A stretch of 64,000 nt of DNA from Tortispora ganteri (lineage: Eukaryota), in contig PPNB01000003.1 of NCBI GenBank assembly GCA_003707115.1, positions 186,001 through 250,000 of the forward strand, written 5' to 3'. The translations under genes were made by a program, and so were the position numbers. Below the pieces are notes generated by a model, which searched no databases, was not told the DNA's origin, and saw only the letters and a program-made list of their open reading frames with translations. Below are positions 34,401 to 43,984 of this stretch, in pieces (within the stretch, counting starts at the first letter, position 1; every line of letters starts with the position of its first letter).

Positions 34401-34487
34401 ATCACCTGCCGACAACGGGAGTTCCTGATCAGTATTCGGCTGGTAATCGTAAAGGACGGTATATACGCCAAGAAAGGGAGTAGGCAT
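31449..34487 (-). CDS. SLA1: Endocytic adaptor Sla1
   Basis: Three SH3 domains, SHD1 (REWTDRTGTFRVDA..HLHKKNGVKIAVP), SHD2 (YDWFDFFL), QxTG repeats, terminal NPFGF. Confidence 0.96.
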   Translation of the reverse strand: MPTPFLGVYTVLYDYQPNTDQELPLSAGDLLYVLEISEEDEWWTAKKHAPAGQDEPQGLVPSNYIQPAPVIATATVLYDYTPQTEEELSILENQQLNVYDTSDPDWVLVGSSDNEYGFAPANYLEISDTVPAPESNGTSIATAPAAPVSAAAPAPADTPSSALAAISSAVASSAHARQSRASYEEEDDYENAEDDEEPPYLPPRDPSTAVSASRTHDDFSDDDRDADLPPPKPSRPTDTDHEPSDDFYSWEVQEIDSKGRKTKAKFGFGNNSVIFSPESKNKAPQQWSISNIVYYNAEKKHVFIDLKHPTASLELHAGTKDAAEEIITTIRTLVSETKPKALDEVLNAANSGRYRVGEILYDFDAQASDELSAREGDKVFIIDSNKSDEWWMVKNSLTGKQGVVPASYVSIIKTPKPEKKPSTTVPYADELERDLDHSTSRASRRKSHQKKRSSERHSPPKLSKPHSTRDRHDSTSESRSSNRNSKVDGYPDPNTLREWTDRTGTFRVDAAFLGYQDGLFHLHKKNGVKIAVPKEKLSTPDIEYVERITGESVISTRNSPIKTQFTASGSNSGVSPVKVDPPPKTTRPPADGYDWFDFFLGCGVDVSNCQRYALSFERDRMDEAILPDIDNSVLRTLGLKEGDIIRVMKVLDKRFNRSKQDEKETKESLFSGPNGQLKNNTGKERTKSESTSPPSTENVTGGINAPPSPKKSTAADAIALDTMKKLNLLDDSVAPTPSPKTVPQLTGSMRDLAGLQPPSGISAVPTAQPTPSLPPPLIPTKTASSPMTMQNTKPLASQYTSSIPPNAMSLPLQQPVPTQPLQSLLTGYNGIIPQNTQGTMVGGLQQPQPTGYIPQGTMNMQYTGIQPGRGMSVPSVTGGGLYNGNRMNSIPMISPPVLSPNMTMGMPVQQTGMIGAPPVSYGMQSTITGMVPNMTGYTNGMTQPVNYSLPPAMVPQTTGAPVLSGAARPLQPQKTGPMPNVSFGTKPPQLKPQNTGQRANLAAASAENPFGF

Positions 34488-35031
34488 AGTCGATATACAG
34501 GGAAGTAGTGGAAAGGGTCGGGCAGAGGTAATACTCAGGCCGGAAGGCGGAAAGGTCCGTATAGAATCGTAATAGTAGAGGCTAAGAAGGAGCTAAGAAG
34601 GTACGAACTAGCAGAAATCAGCAGTTCGATGGCGTAGTTAGCGGGATTATTTGAGCACAAAAAGAGATTTAGCACTGCAATAAATACGAAGAAATAGGCT
34701 GGAAAGCTTGTGGGGGTGCAGGTTCAAGTTGCAGGAAGGTGGGTTTCCGAAATAAGGTTTATTTTTGGAGAGACCTGGGCTCATGAGAGCAATGCCATAA
34801 AAAACGCAGGAGGGGTGGTATATTTGTTAAATAAATAGCTTAATGAATGTATAAAAACGAGTATATTGTATTTTAATTATTAGTTGTTGAGTTATGTTGT
34901 ATGGATAATGCTTTGTGAGCTTCGTTTTAGATCGAGACTGTCCAATCAGAGCGGTGCAGGGTAAAGTTTCAAAATTTGAGTCCCCACTTGACCACCATGC
35001 AAGAACAAGACCTCAATTCTATCGACTGGTA

Positions 35032-35499
35032 ATGCTTCGATTGTCATTTTTACATACCTGGAAGCTGTCCAATGCTAGGAGGTTGTTAGGGACGTTGGCA
35101 AGTGTACCGCGGCTGAATTCGGACTCTTTAACTAAGACGATAGACGTAGAACTATTGAAGAAGGCGCCGTCACTGTACGCAACCGTGCACATTTACAAGC
35201 AACGGTTTCTTGTTACACCAGGTGATCAGTTGACGCTACCGTTCCGACTGAGACAGGTTAAAATAGGTGATAGACTAAAGCTCAATAGATTGACGCAAGT
35301 TGGATCGCAGGATTATGTCTTACAGGGCGACCCTTACATTGATCCCTCAAAGGCATGGCTTGAAGCAACAGTTATCGAGGAAACAAAAGAACCATTTCGT
35401 GTGACCACCAAGAAGAAACAGCGAAACAGGAAAGTATCGCACACTGCGAGCAAACATGTTTATACAGTGCTCCGAATAGGCGACTTATATCTGAACTGA
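35032..35499 (+). CDS. MRPL49: Mitochondrial ribosomal protein bL21m
   Basis: LYATVHIY..FLVTPGD..LPFRL, VGSQDYVLQG.P, KKKQRNR, YTVLRI; presequence from ATG 35032. Confidence 0.88.
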   Translation: MLRLSFLHTWKLSNARRLLGTLASVPRLNSDSLTKTIDVELLKKAPSLYATVHIYKQRFLVTPGDQLTLPFRLRQVKIGDRLKLNRLTQVGSQDYVLQGDPYIDPSKAWLEATVIEETKEPFRVTTKKKQRNRKVSHTASKHVYTVLRIGDLYLN

Positions 35500-35517
35500 C
35501 TACAATAATTACGAGAA

Positions 35518-35527
35518 CCTGTAAATA
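35518..35527 (+). promoter_or_regulatory. Puf3-type 3'UTR element CCTGTAAATA
   Basis: Exact CCUGUAAAUA 18 nt after the MRPL49 stop. Confidence 0.65.
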
Positions 35528-35581
35528 TACGCAGAAATAAAAACAGAAATGAAAGAGACATGTACGTCATAGCTTCGTAGC

Positions 35582-36097
35582 TTATAATACACCGAGATAA
35601 TCTTCTTTGATGCTTCCAATAGCAAACATTTCACCCACATCGGCCCTAGTACCCACAATTTTGAGCCTGACTCGCGCCCCGCGTTCTACTCTTTGGTCCT
35701 CTCCGCTGTATGCTGGTGGGTTCGCCGTAGGATCGAATTTGAGGTCTGACGGGATCAGATGCGAAGACACAAACACATTAACTGGTCCGACATCCACAAA
35801 GAACCCCATTTTGTTTACACTTGTCACTACGCCATCAACGACCTCGCCTTTGAACGGCCGCCAAATGATAGCTCGGTATTTCACCTCAAACTCAGCCGCT
35901 CCAGATCCTGGTACAACACGGCCCTTGCCCACATCAATACCCATACGATCCATTACGCAGACAATGTATCCAAACTGTCCCGTGCATGTACCTTCTACGT
36001 CTTCCAGCAACCTATGCTGCAGATACTCCTCCATAGAGGGCCCGAAATACGATGGGTGCAATGTCAGGTTCAGAGACAAATCTTTCAGAAAGAACAT
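35582..36097 (-). CDS. RPB7: RNA polymerase II subunit 7
   Basis: [41 protein letters not shown]; 171 aa. Confidence 0.97.
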   Translation of the reverse strand: MFFLKDLSLNLTLHPSYFGPSMEEYLQHRLLEDVEGTCTGQFGYIVCVMDRMGIDVGKGRVVPGSGAAEFEVKYRAIIWRPFKGEVVDGVVTSVNKMGFFVDVGPVNVFVSSHLIPSDLKFDPTANPPAYSGEDQRVERGARVRLKIVGTRADVGEMFAIGSIKEDYLGVL

Positions 36098-36383
36098 TTC
36101 CGTCAAAGCACAGTCTATCTAACCAGTCGATCAATATCACTTGAACAGTCCTTCAGCCACTGTATTTCTAAACGAAAATGAATCCCCAAAGAAAGCAGCT
36201 AGCTCTCTGTCCTTTGCACCGTGCGTGGTAAAAGACGAGCACACTAAACGGTGTTTCTCTTCTACAAACTGTGCACATTATTACCCTAACCCTATATACA
36301 CTCTTAGTTTGCGGTCCCGTTACGTGTGCCGTAGCACATTCACTTCTGCAGTTGTGGCTTAAGATATATTATATTTTTACAGA

Positions 36384-38273
36384 TTACAGCAGCAAATCGT
36401 AGACTAGCGCTGATGGATCAACGGGTGAGCTATCGTACTCGCCCGTCCAGCAAAACTCGTCTAGACACGCCTTGCATACCGTAGAGGGACTCTCCCCAGC
36501 GCGCTGGATCTGCTTGTGCACCACGGCGCACGAAAGACAGGTCTGCCAATCAACAGTCTGCGTCTCGTTGAACTTGTAATTGGATACATTGATGGTGTAT
36601 GATCCATTGCCCATAGATGCAACATTATAGCCGTTCTGTATATAGCTGCTGATTTGCTCAGCGGTAAACGTCGAGGTGCTCGTAGTAACATTGTTAAATG
36701 CTGACCATGGATAGTTCGCCATGTAAACTACGAGCGGTTTGCTAACCTCTGCGACAGAACAACCAAAGAATGTCGGCTTCTTAAGCAAGCCCAAGTTCAT
36801 AAATGTGTTCGGGTCAGGAATAGTCGGCAGTGACATGCCATCTGCGGCATCTAATCCGAGCCATTTGTACGTTTGGTCTAATGATGAGCCGTTCGGGAAG
36901 TTGTAAATCGTGTCTGCGGATGTATCCACAGCAATAATAACGTCGATTGCACGGTCTTCTTTCAGGAACGGATACATTGGCACGACTTGGTTTGTTCCAC
37001 CTCCGTCTACTAGACCAATGATTTCTTGGTTGAGGAAATCACTGTCTGATCCAAATGACGTACCGGCAAGAGGATTTGGATAGAGCTGAGATACAATGCT
37101 CAAGTCGCTTCCAATCGCCTTTTGTACAACGTCTGCAAATATGTCCTGAACCGCCTGCGGAAGAGTGGACATGAACGAATAAAAGCTATCAAATAGCTGG
37201 TAGTAGATGTCAGAACTCGTGCCTATTACCCAGGAGGTACTGTCGAAATGGTTAATACATTGACCGGTAGGAGACCCGTTCGACAGTTCAGTACCAAGAT
37301 CTTTGAGAGTCACAAAGGTATTGACTGCGTGATCCCATGAGCCGATTTCAGAAGGGCTAATCTCAAACAGAGGAGAATCAGCAACAGTTTGCATGCTGTT
37401 GACCTCACATGCAACCGACATTAGGAAAGGATATGGCACACTACGGGATTGGTAAAATTCCATGTCTGCTATATCCGACCAGCTTGCCTCAACGTTAGCT
37501 GCCGGCCCATCAAAGAGCTGGTAAGCGAACCCGCGTCCTATAAGGTCTGCAACACCAACCTTGAAACCTGCCTCCTTTTTAGCTGAAAGAGATTGCAGTA
37601 CATCAAGTATGTAGGTGTAAAGGTTGAGTCCACGATTTGGCGGCACAGAGAATGGGTTAGACTCAAAGCGCCAGAGAATATCTGAATCCATGAGCGCCTG
37701 AACAGTCGTCAGATTGTTTATCATAATGGAGGCGAGCAACCAGCTGCTACCCGACACACCAGCCCAGTACGTTGCGCCTTGGAACAGACCACCGACATGT
37801 CCAGCACTAGTCGAGCCTGAGGTTCGAGAGTCAAAGGCAGCGAAGACACCAGCACTGTTCAAGGCTGCTCTATATCCGCCGCCCGAGTATGCAATAGCGA
37901 TGCGAGGAGTATGGTCGGCTAATACTGTGTCAACGTCTATATCGATAGCTGAGCGGTCAAGGAATGCCTTGATATAGGGCTTTGCTACAACAAGACGTTC
38001 TTGAATATAGGCAGACTCTTCCGCCGAAAGACCTTCTGCTTTGCGAACAATGCTACCGGTCGGACAGTCCACGTGGTATGGCGCATAGTTTTTGACATTA
38101 GAGTCTCCGCCAATACCCAAGATATCTAAGAGCCAGTTCCTCTTTTCGAGTGAGTTCGTGTTTGTGTCCAAGAGGTACCGGAGATTGTCTTTAATTGCTT
38201 CCTTCTCAAAGAAGTCAGAGCTGAAGCTGTAGCTTAAGACGGTGGAAGCGACCAAAAGTGCTGATAATTTCAT
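36384..38273 (-). CDS. Secreted lysophospholipase / phospholipase B
   Basis: Signal peptide, YAPYHVDCP, SGGGYRA, GVSGSSW, LVDGG, DVIIAVDTSAD, NFPNG, PTFFGC; no Ser-rich/GPI tail evident. Confidence 0.92.
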   Translation of the reverse strand: MKLSALLVASTVLSYSFSSDFFEKEAIKDNLRYLLDTNTNSLEKRNWLLDILGIGGDSNVKNYAPYHVDCPTGSIVRKAEGLSAEESAYIQERLVVAKPYIKAFLDRSAIDIDVDTVLADHTPRIAIAYSGGGYRAALNSAGVFAAFDSRTSGSTSAGHVGGLFQGATYWAGVSGSSWLLASIMINNLTTVQALMDSDILWRFESNPFSVPPNRGLNLYTYILDVLQSLSAKKEAGFKVGVADLIGRGFAYQLFDGPAANVEASWSDIADMEFYQSRSVPYPFLMSVACEVNSMQTVADSPLFEISPSEIGSWDHAVNTFVTLKDLGTELSNGSPTGQCINHFDSTSWVIGTSSDIYYQLFDSFYSFMSTLPQAVQDIFADVVQKAIGSDLSIVSQLYPNPLAGTSFGSDSDFLNQEIIGLVDGGGTNQVVPMYPFLKEDRAIDVIIAVDTSADTIYNFPNGSSLDQTYKWLGLDAADGMSLPTIPDPNTFMNLGLLKKPTFFGCSVAEVSKPLVVYMANYPWSAFNNVTTSTSTFTAEQISSYIQNGYNVASMGNGSYTINVSNYKFNETQTVDWQTCLSCAVVHKQIQRAGESPSTVCKACLDEFCWTGEYDSSPVDPSALVYDLLL

Positions 38274-38875
38274 TGTGGGTAGACAATTCTAAGACTCAAC
38301 ACTTGCATCGTTGTATGAAGAGGAATACCACCTATTTATGTATTGCACATTTCCACATTTCACTGTCATTTATTTAGCTTTATGAACTTTAATGAATAGA
38401 GTTCGTTTTGAATGTTAGAGAGACTAACAGCTGGCGCATGTGAAGACAGAGCAATTGCAAGTCGGAGACTGTGACTGGATCAGAAATAAATACCAAGACG
38501 TTGAAATGTACAGTAGGTAACTTTCAGCATTTCAAAAATGATTCCGATTCATTATGGGTGTGATTTCCGAAGAGAAAGGCAAGATTTTATGACTTTTTGT
38601 ATGTTTCCAGCGATATCGGTAAAACTTACTGAGGAGAGCGTTAGCAGGATTGGTGCTATATAACTCTAATAAGAGTTGAATATTTGATACATTGTTGGTA
38701 TGCACGCTACCGCGAGCCCAGGAGTTTAGGTCAAAAAAGATTGAGAGGAGTTGCCGTGGTATTAATAAGTTGAATGTATATGCTAACACCCTACGCACCA
38801 GAAGACATCAGCTGATGTGTGAGTACATAAGAGCCATTCATTGCAGTGAAGATTTAAAATTGATCATCAGGACGT

Positions 38876-38912
38876 TGAGAACGGTGAGAACGGTGAGAAC
38901 GGTAAGACACGG
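38876..38912. repeat. 9-bp tandem repeat (TGAGAACGG)x3 plus a degenerate copy
   Basis: Directly visible in the PLB/DSD1 intergenic region. Confidence 0.85.
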
Positions 38913-39738
38913 TTCATATTAGCGCGACTTTAAAGTTCAGATAGCTTAGACCGATTTTGGAAAAACTCTATTCTCCTGATAATGGAGTTGTAGATATGAA
39001 GAGAAGGCAGTATACTCATGTATGTGGAGGCAAAATCGGTGAAGAATCAAAATTCACGTGTTTATAATATTAAAGACAATCGTGGATTTAGAAGAAGTGC
39101 AATAAAGAACTGAAATGCGTCACACCACAAAACCGGCAAATTATTACGGTAATTAGTATGTATCGACACTTATGTTTAGGTTTTGAAGGGGGGCCACTAA
39201 ACGATGTAGTCTAGTGTATTTCGGCAGAATAGGATAATGGAATGTGAAAGTTTCGGTAATTATAGTGCGCCATTCATTGATTAATTTCTTATTGATATGT
39301 ATCGAGATCTGGATTGAATGCCGATCTTGATGTTGTGGCGAGTCAATCAGATGAATTGATTTAACTATTGGTCAAAATCACCTGAGTTGACCAGGTCGAT
39401 GTCATATAACTCATATACAGAGCACTTCAAGAAAATATATGTAACATATACGTTCGTAGCCAAAAACCGTTTAGGATATATTTTGTTGCAAGTTAATTCG
39501 TTTAGATCTGACTATAAGAGTGATATCGATGTAAAAAGTTGATCATACGACTGAATTTTTTTAAGGGTCATTAAAATATAAGTTCTAACATGTTAAAACC
39601 ATAAGTAAATTAAATAATTAAATTAGAATAATTTAAAAAGAATAGAACTGACCAAATTATTAATTTGTGGTGATTTTACATAAGCAGCTGTGAACGGTTT
39701 TCTTCGATTAGATATCAGATCGGGAATTGGCTTTTACC

Positions 39739-40917
39739 ATGGCGGAACAATACTTACATAAACACATCGACAAATTACCTACACCTGCCTTTCTAATTAA
39801 TGAGTGCACATTTGAGAGAAATAGCTGTGCTATGCTTGACCGTGCCAAAGCGCTCGGAGCATCATTCCGGGCTCATGTAAAAACACATAAGACGGTTGAA
39901 GGTACTCGATTGCAGCTGCAGAGCCAAACCAGCAGAATCGTCGTTTCAACATTCAGAGAGATAGAAGGTTTGTCTGAATTGATTGCAGAAGGTAAAATTA
40001 CTGATATTCTTTATGGATTGCCAATTTCGAAGTCATGGGTGCCGGTTGCTGACCAGTGGAGCCGCAAGGTGACGTTGAGACTCATGATTGATGATATCGA
40101 ACAGGTCAAGTACCTTAAAGACTACTCAAAGTCAGTGGTAAAACCGCAGAAATGGTCCATATTTCTGAAAATAGATATGGGTACTCATCGTGCGGGAAAG
40201 GAACTATCTGACCATTCATTCAAAGAATTGATTGACTACTGTATGCAGCAAAGCCAGTACATCGAAATCCATGGTACATACTGTCATGCGGGCCATTCCT
40301 ACAACTCTGAGGGACAATTAGATGCGGAAAAGTATCTGCAAACTGAAATTACAGCTGCTAACGAAGCTGCCAAAATAATTCGATCATTTGACTCTTCCTT
40401 GTCTCTTTGCCTGTCAATTGGCGCTACGCCTACCGCTCACGTCGCCGATCATAACGTCGATTTATCCGGAATAAATGCTAGTGATGACCTCGAACTGCAT
40501 GCTGGTAATTATCCTATGTGCGATTTGCAACAGCTATCTACAGGCTGTATTACTGAAAAGGACGTATCCTGTTCTGTGTTGGCAGAAGTGGTTTCGTCGT
40601 ACCCTGGTAGAGGTTCTACTCCTGGCGAAGTGCTCATTAATGCCGGCGTGATTGCGCTAGCAAGAGAACCGGGAAGATTGCCAGGATGGGGTCATGTGAT
40701 CACTGAACCATACAGTAACTGGTTCGTGGCCAGACTCAGTCAGGAACATGGAATCCTGGCTGCTTCTGAACCAACTGCATCGTTTCCCGCTTACGGGACC
40801 AAACTCAAAATTATACCACAGCACGCATGTATCAGTGCAGCTGCGTTTCCGATTTACTATATTGTTGACGATTCTGACATTGTTACTGCCGTATGGACAC
40901 CATTCCATGGATGGTAG
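39739..40917 (+). CDS. DSD1: D-serine dehydratase (fold-type III PLP, Zn-dependent)
   Basis: LPTPA, FRAHVKTHKT, YCHAGHSY, SIGATPTAH, ELHAGNY, LSQEHG, IIPQHACI. Confidence 0.92.
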   Translation: MAEQYLHKHIDKLPTPAFLINECTFERNSCAMLDRAKALGASFRAHVKTHKTVEGTRLQLQSQTSRIVVSTFREIEGLSELIAEGKITDILYGLPISKSWVPVADQWSRKVTLRLMIDDIEQVKYLKDYSKSVVKPQKWSIFLKIDMGTHRAGKELSDHSFKELIDYCMQQSQYIEIHGTYCHAGHSYNSEGQLDAEKYLQTEITAANEAAKIIRSFDSSLSLCLSIGATPTAHVADHNVDLSGINASDDLELHAGNYPMCDLQQLSTGCITEKDVSCSVLAEVVSSYPGRGSTPGEVLINAGVIALAREPGRLPGWGHVITEPYSNWFVARLSQEHGILAASEPTASFPAYGTKLKIIPQHACISAAAFPIYYIVDDSDIVTAVWTPFHGW

Positions 40918-41006
40918 AATATCGTGTGTAGCCTTATCTGTTACATTTATTTATATCACCTGATTAAAACTCCTAGCGCATATATTTCCTACATATACCA
41001 ATAGAA

Positions 41007-43454
41007 TTAGATAGTGACAATTACTTCACTTTTTAAGCTTGCTGTCACAGTGATTTCAGCCAAGTTAAGAAGGTCTTGATGGTCTATAAACACTTTAGCG
41101 CTGTGTGAAAAATCCATAACACTAACTTGAAAGAGAAACACTGCTCTGATTGGGATTATATAATCAAGGTATGGCTCACATTGCATTGTAAAACTCGGAG
41201 AAACATTATTCAGCTCAAACATAATATCCTGATCGGCAGGGTTAGGAATATCATATATGTTATCGCAGCTCATTGCAGCCAGAGACTGCGTTATAAAAAC
41301 GTTAAAGCTGTTTTCCATTTCTCCTTTCATTTTTCCTTTAATTTCTTGGAATCCATCAAGGAAATCCTCTAATAGGTAGTCTTCTATGCCTTCAAATCTT
41401 GGTACTAAGTCAATTTCAGGTGGTTTACTCAAAAATGAAATTGTGTAGGAGGTAGCGGGTCCTGCAGGTATTTGCACATAGTACAGAAGTTCTATAGCTG
41501 AAGAGAAACTGGACGGAGAGAGACTGATAGTAATTGGCGGCATGTTATATGTAATAGCGTTTTGTTCATATTCAGGAAACTCAAACGATTGAGCTCTAGC
41601 ATTTCTATATTTTGCCGATTGAATTTCCTCAGGAATGACTAATTGAATGTCCATCAATGGCTCATATATATTAGCAAATATTTTTGATGAATAATCATCT
41701 GGTATAGTAGAACATCCACCCACAGGAATTTCTCTCGCAGATGAGCTAGAGATGACTTCGGAACTCGAAATGACTGCAGAGCTGGAAATGACTTCTGAAC
41801 TAGAAATGACTGTAGAGCTAGAGGTGACTGCAGAACTAGAAAAAATAGAAGAGCTGGAAGTGACTTCTGAACTTGAAATGACTGCAGAGCTAGAGGTGAC
41901 TTCTGAGCTAGAAAAAAGAGAAGGGCTGGAAGTGAATTCTGATCTAGAAAAGAGAGAAGAGCTGGAAGTGACTTCTGAATTTGAAATGACTGCAGAGCTA
42001 GAGGTGACTTCTGAGCTAGAAAAGAGAGAAGGGCTAGAGGTGACTTCTGAGCTAGAAAAGAGAGAAGGGCTGGAAGTGAATTCTGATCTAGAAAAGGGAG
42101 AAGAGCTGGAAGTGACTTCTAAGCTAGAAGAAAGAGAAGGGCTGGAAGTGACTTCTGAACTTGAAATGACTGCAGAGCTAGAGGTGACTTCTGAGCTAGA
42201 AAAAAGAGAAGGGCTGGAGGTGACTTCTGAACTTGAAATGACTGCAGGGCTAGAGGTGACTTCTGAGCTAGAAAAAAGAGAAGAGCTGGAAGTGACTTCT
42301 GATCTAGAAAAGAGAGAAGAGCTGGAAGTGACTTCTGAACTTGAAATGACTGCAGAGCTAGAATTGACCTCTGAACTAGAAACTGCCGGCAAACTGGAAA
42401 CTACCGGAGACAAAGCACTATAGCCAGTTGTTACGCTAGGAAGAGTAAAAATACTTGAAACATCAGCAACAGTAAGCGATATGGCAGCATTAGAGATAGA
42501 AGCAGCTGAAGTATATTCAGGTACTTGACTAGATGAGGATGGTAATGCAGTTGCAGACTGACCAATGATTGTATAGTTACCCATAATGGCAACATTAAGC
42601 AAATCCAGTTGCCGTTTCTTGTTTTCTGTAGACATTTTCACCATAACTATTCGGACAGGATACCAAAACCCGTCGACTGTAATGTCAATATTCCATCTAC
42701 TAGCAAACTGCGCATCATACTCTGAGCCGCCGGAACCTATGTCGAGAATATCTGCACAGGACATAGCATTTTGTCCAATGAACAAATAACCATTTGCTTC
42801 GCTATTAAATAAAATTTCAGAAATAGTAGCAGTACCATTTATATAGAACATGACTTCAATGACTGTTAAATCACTTTCAATATTGACGGTTATTCCAGTA
42901 CCAGTGACTTCTGCCTCAAGCACCTGCATAGAAGTATCTCTGTATGCGCCACTAGCAATATATTCCGGGTCATTCTTTATGGCCTGATAAGCTGCAGCAT
43001 ATACAACTTCAGGGGTGTACGGAGGCATTGCACTGCAATCAACGTTATTAAAAGACTCACTAGATACTGCAAGAGAACTTTCATGGACTAAAGGCGCACT
43101 TGTTGCTGTGACATGCGCATTGGTATCTGTATTAGAGGTATATTCAGAAACCACTGTAACTACTACGGGTACTTCTACTTTCATATCGACGTCTACCTTC
43201 ATCACGGAAAGGCTGATGTACTCGTAGAAACCCCAGATATAAGGGCTGTTGTCTTCTGGATGGGGCACGTAGCTAATAACAGTAGGAGAACATTGGCAAC
43301 AGTACCATCCGTCAACAGATTTGATTTGTTTTTCGCAGGTCTCATCATAAGCTGTTACGATGCCTGAACCGCTCGAATAAACATAGCCGTGAACCGTAGT
43401 AGTAGTTACAGGAGGTTCGCACAAGAATGTCTTTGTTTCCGTGATTGTGTACAT
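41007..43454 (-). CDS. Ser-rich tandem-repeat, adhesin/flocculin-like protein with two related putative PA14/GLEYA-like domains
   Basis: 815-aa ORF from first ATG; central 12-aa Ser-rich repeats; WYPVRIV / YIIPIRAV motifs reminiscent of yeast adhesin lectin domains; no signal peptide or GPI signal seen. Confidence 0.6.
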   Translation of the reverse strand: MYTITETKTFLCEPPVTTTTVHGYVYSSGSGIVTAYDETCEKQIKSVDGWYCCQCSPTVISYVPHPEDNSPYIWGFYEYISLSVMKVDVDMKVEVPVVVTVVSEYTSNTDTNAHVTATSAPLVHESSLAVSSESFNNVDCSAMPPYTPEVVYAAAYQAIKNDPEYIASGAYRDTSMQVLEAEVTGTGITVNIESDLTVIEVMFYINGTATISEILFNSEANGYLFIGQNAMSCADILDIGSGGSEYDAQFASRWNIDITVDGFWYPVRIVMVKMSTENKKRQLDLLNVAIMGNYTIIGQSATALPSSSSQVPEYTSAASISNAAISLTVADVSSIFTLPSVTTGYSALSPVVSSLPAVSSSEVNSSSAVISSSEVTSSSSLFSRSEVTSSSSLFSSSEVTSSPAVISSSEVTSSPSLFSSSEVTSSSAVISSSEVTSSPSLSSSLEVTSSSSPFSRSEFTSSPSLFSSSEVTSSPSLFSSSEVTSSSAVISNSEVTSSSSLFSRSEFTSSPSLFSSSEVTSSSAVISSSEVTSSSSIFSSSAVTSSSTVISSSEVISSSAVISSSEVISSSSAREIPVGGCSTIPDDYSSKIFANIYEPLMDIQLVIPEEIQSAKYRNARAQSFEFPEYEQNAITYNMPPITISLSPSSFSSAIELLYYVQIPAGPATSYTISFLSKPPEIDLVPRFEGIEDYLLEDFLDGFQEIKGKMKGEMENSFNVFITQSLAAMSCDNIYDIPNPADQDIMFELNNVSPSFTMQCEPYLDYIIPIRAVFLFQVSVMDFSHSAKVFIDHQDLLNLAEITVTASLKSEVIVTI
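41735..42382. repeat. Intragenic minisatellite, about 18 x 36 bp
   Basis: Units such as GCTAGAGGTGACTTCTGAGCTAGAAAAAAGAGAAGG encoding SSSEVTSS(PSLF/SAVI) on the minus strand. Confidence 0.95.
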
Positions 43455-43954
43455 TTTCGGTATCAAGAGGAAACTTCGTAAATGAAGCCACTTTTTATAC
43501 CGTGGTTAATTAAACAAAGTTCAGTGAGTTTTTATAAATTAAGTAGAAATAAGCAAAAAGAATGGCGGGGCAGTGATTGTTTCGCCATGAGCCCATTCGT
43601 ACTTCGTCTTGCTATGCGATTACAATAGCCGTGTAAACTCAGATAAGTATGTACAAGATTTTTGAAGCGTATTAGGCATTGCATAATGTGAATAGTAGCA
43701 TGCGGTCGATCTAGAGTGGAGACAGAATGAACAGGGATGTTCAATAAAATGTACGTCGTAGGTGAGATAAGGTTATGTTATTGAAAGTTTCGATGTTGTT
43801 GTAATATTAAGCTTCACTAATGTCAATATTGAGCTTTTCCTTAAACGTTTTTAAGAAATTAGTTCTTAGCATACTAAATATTATAGTGTCAAAGTGATCA
43901 GTTTTATTAAGACAATGTATTATGATATAAGTAAAGAGAAGACCAGTAGTAAGA

Positions 43955-43984
43955 GCAAAAGCAAAAGCAAAAGCAAAAGCAAAA
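43955..43984. repeat. (GCAAAA)5 microsatellite
   Basis: Five perfect copies. Confidence 0.9.

Noticed and set aside
36284..36293. CCCTAACCCT telomere-like sequence in the RPB7 promoter
   Set aside because: Under two units; at most a Tbf1-type site, not an interstitial telomere.
39053..39130. CACGTG followed by AT-rich DNA (point-centromere-like)
   Set aside because: Not RTCACRTG, AT tract too short and no CDEIII at the right spacing.
41735..42382. Regular repeats resembling a CRISPR array
   Set aside because: Contiguous in-frame tandem units with no unique spacers, in a eukaryotic gene.
41752..42423. Glu-rich plus-strand ORF over the minisatellite
   Set aside because: Mirror of the Ser-rich repeat; confined to the array.
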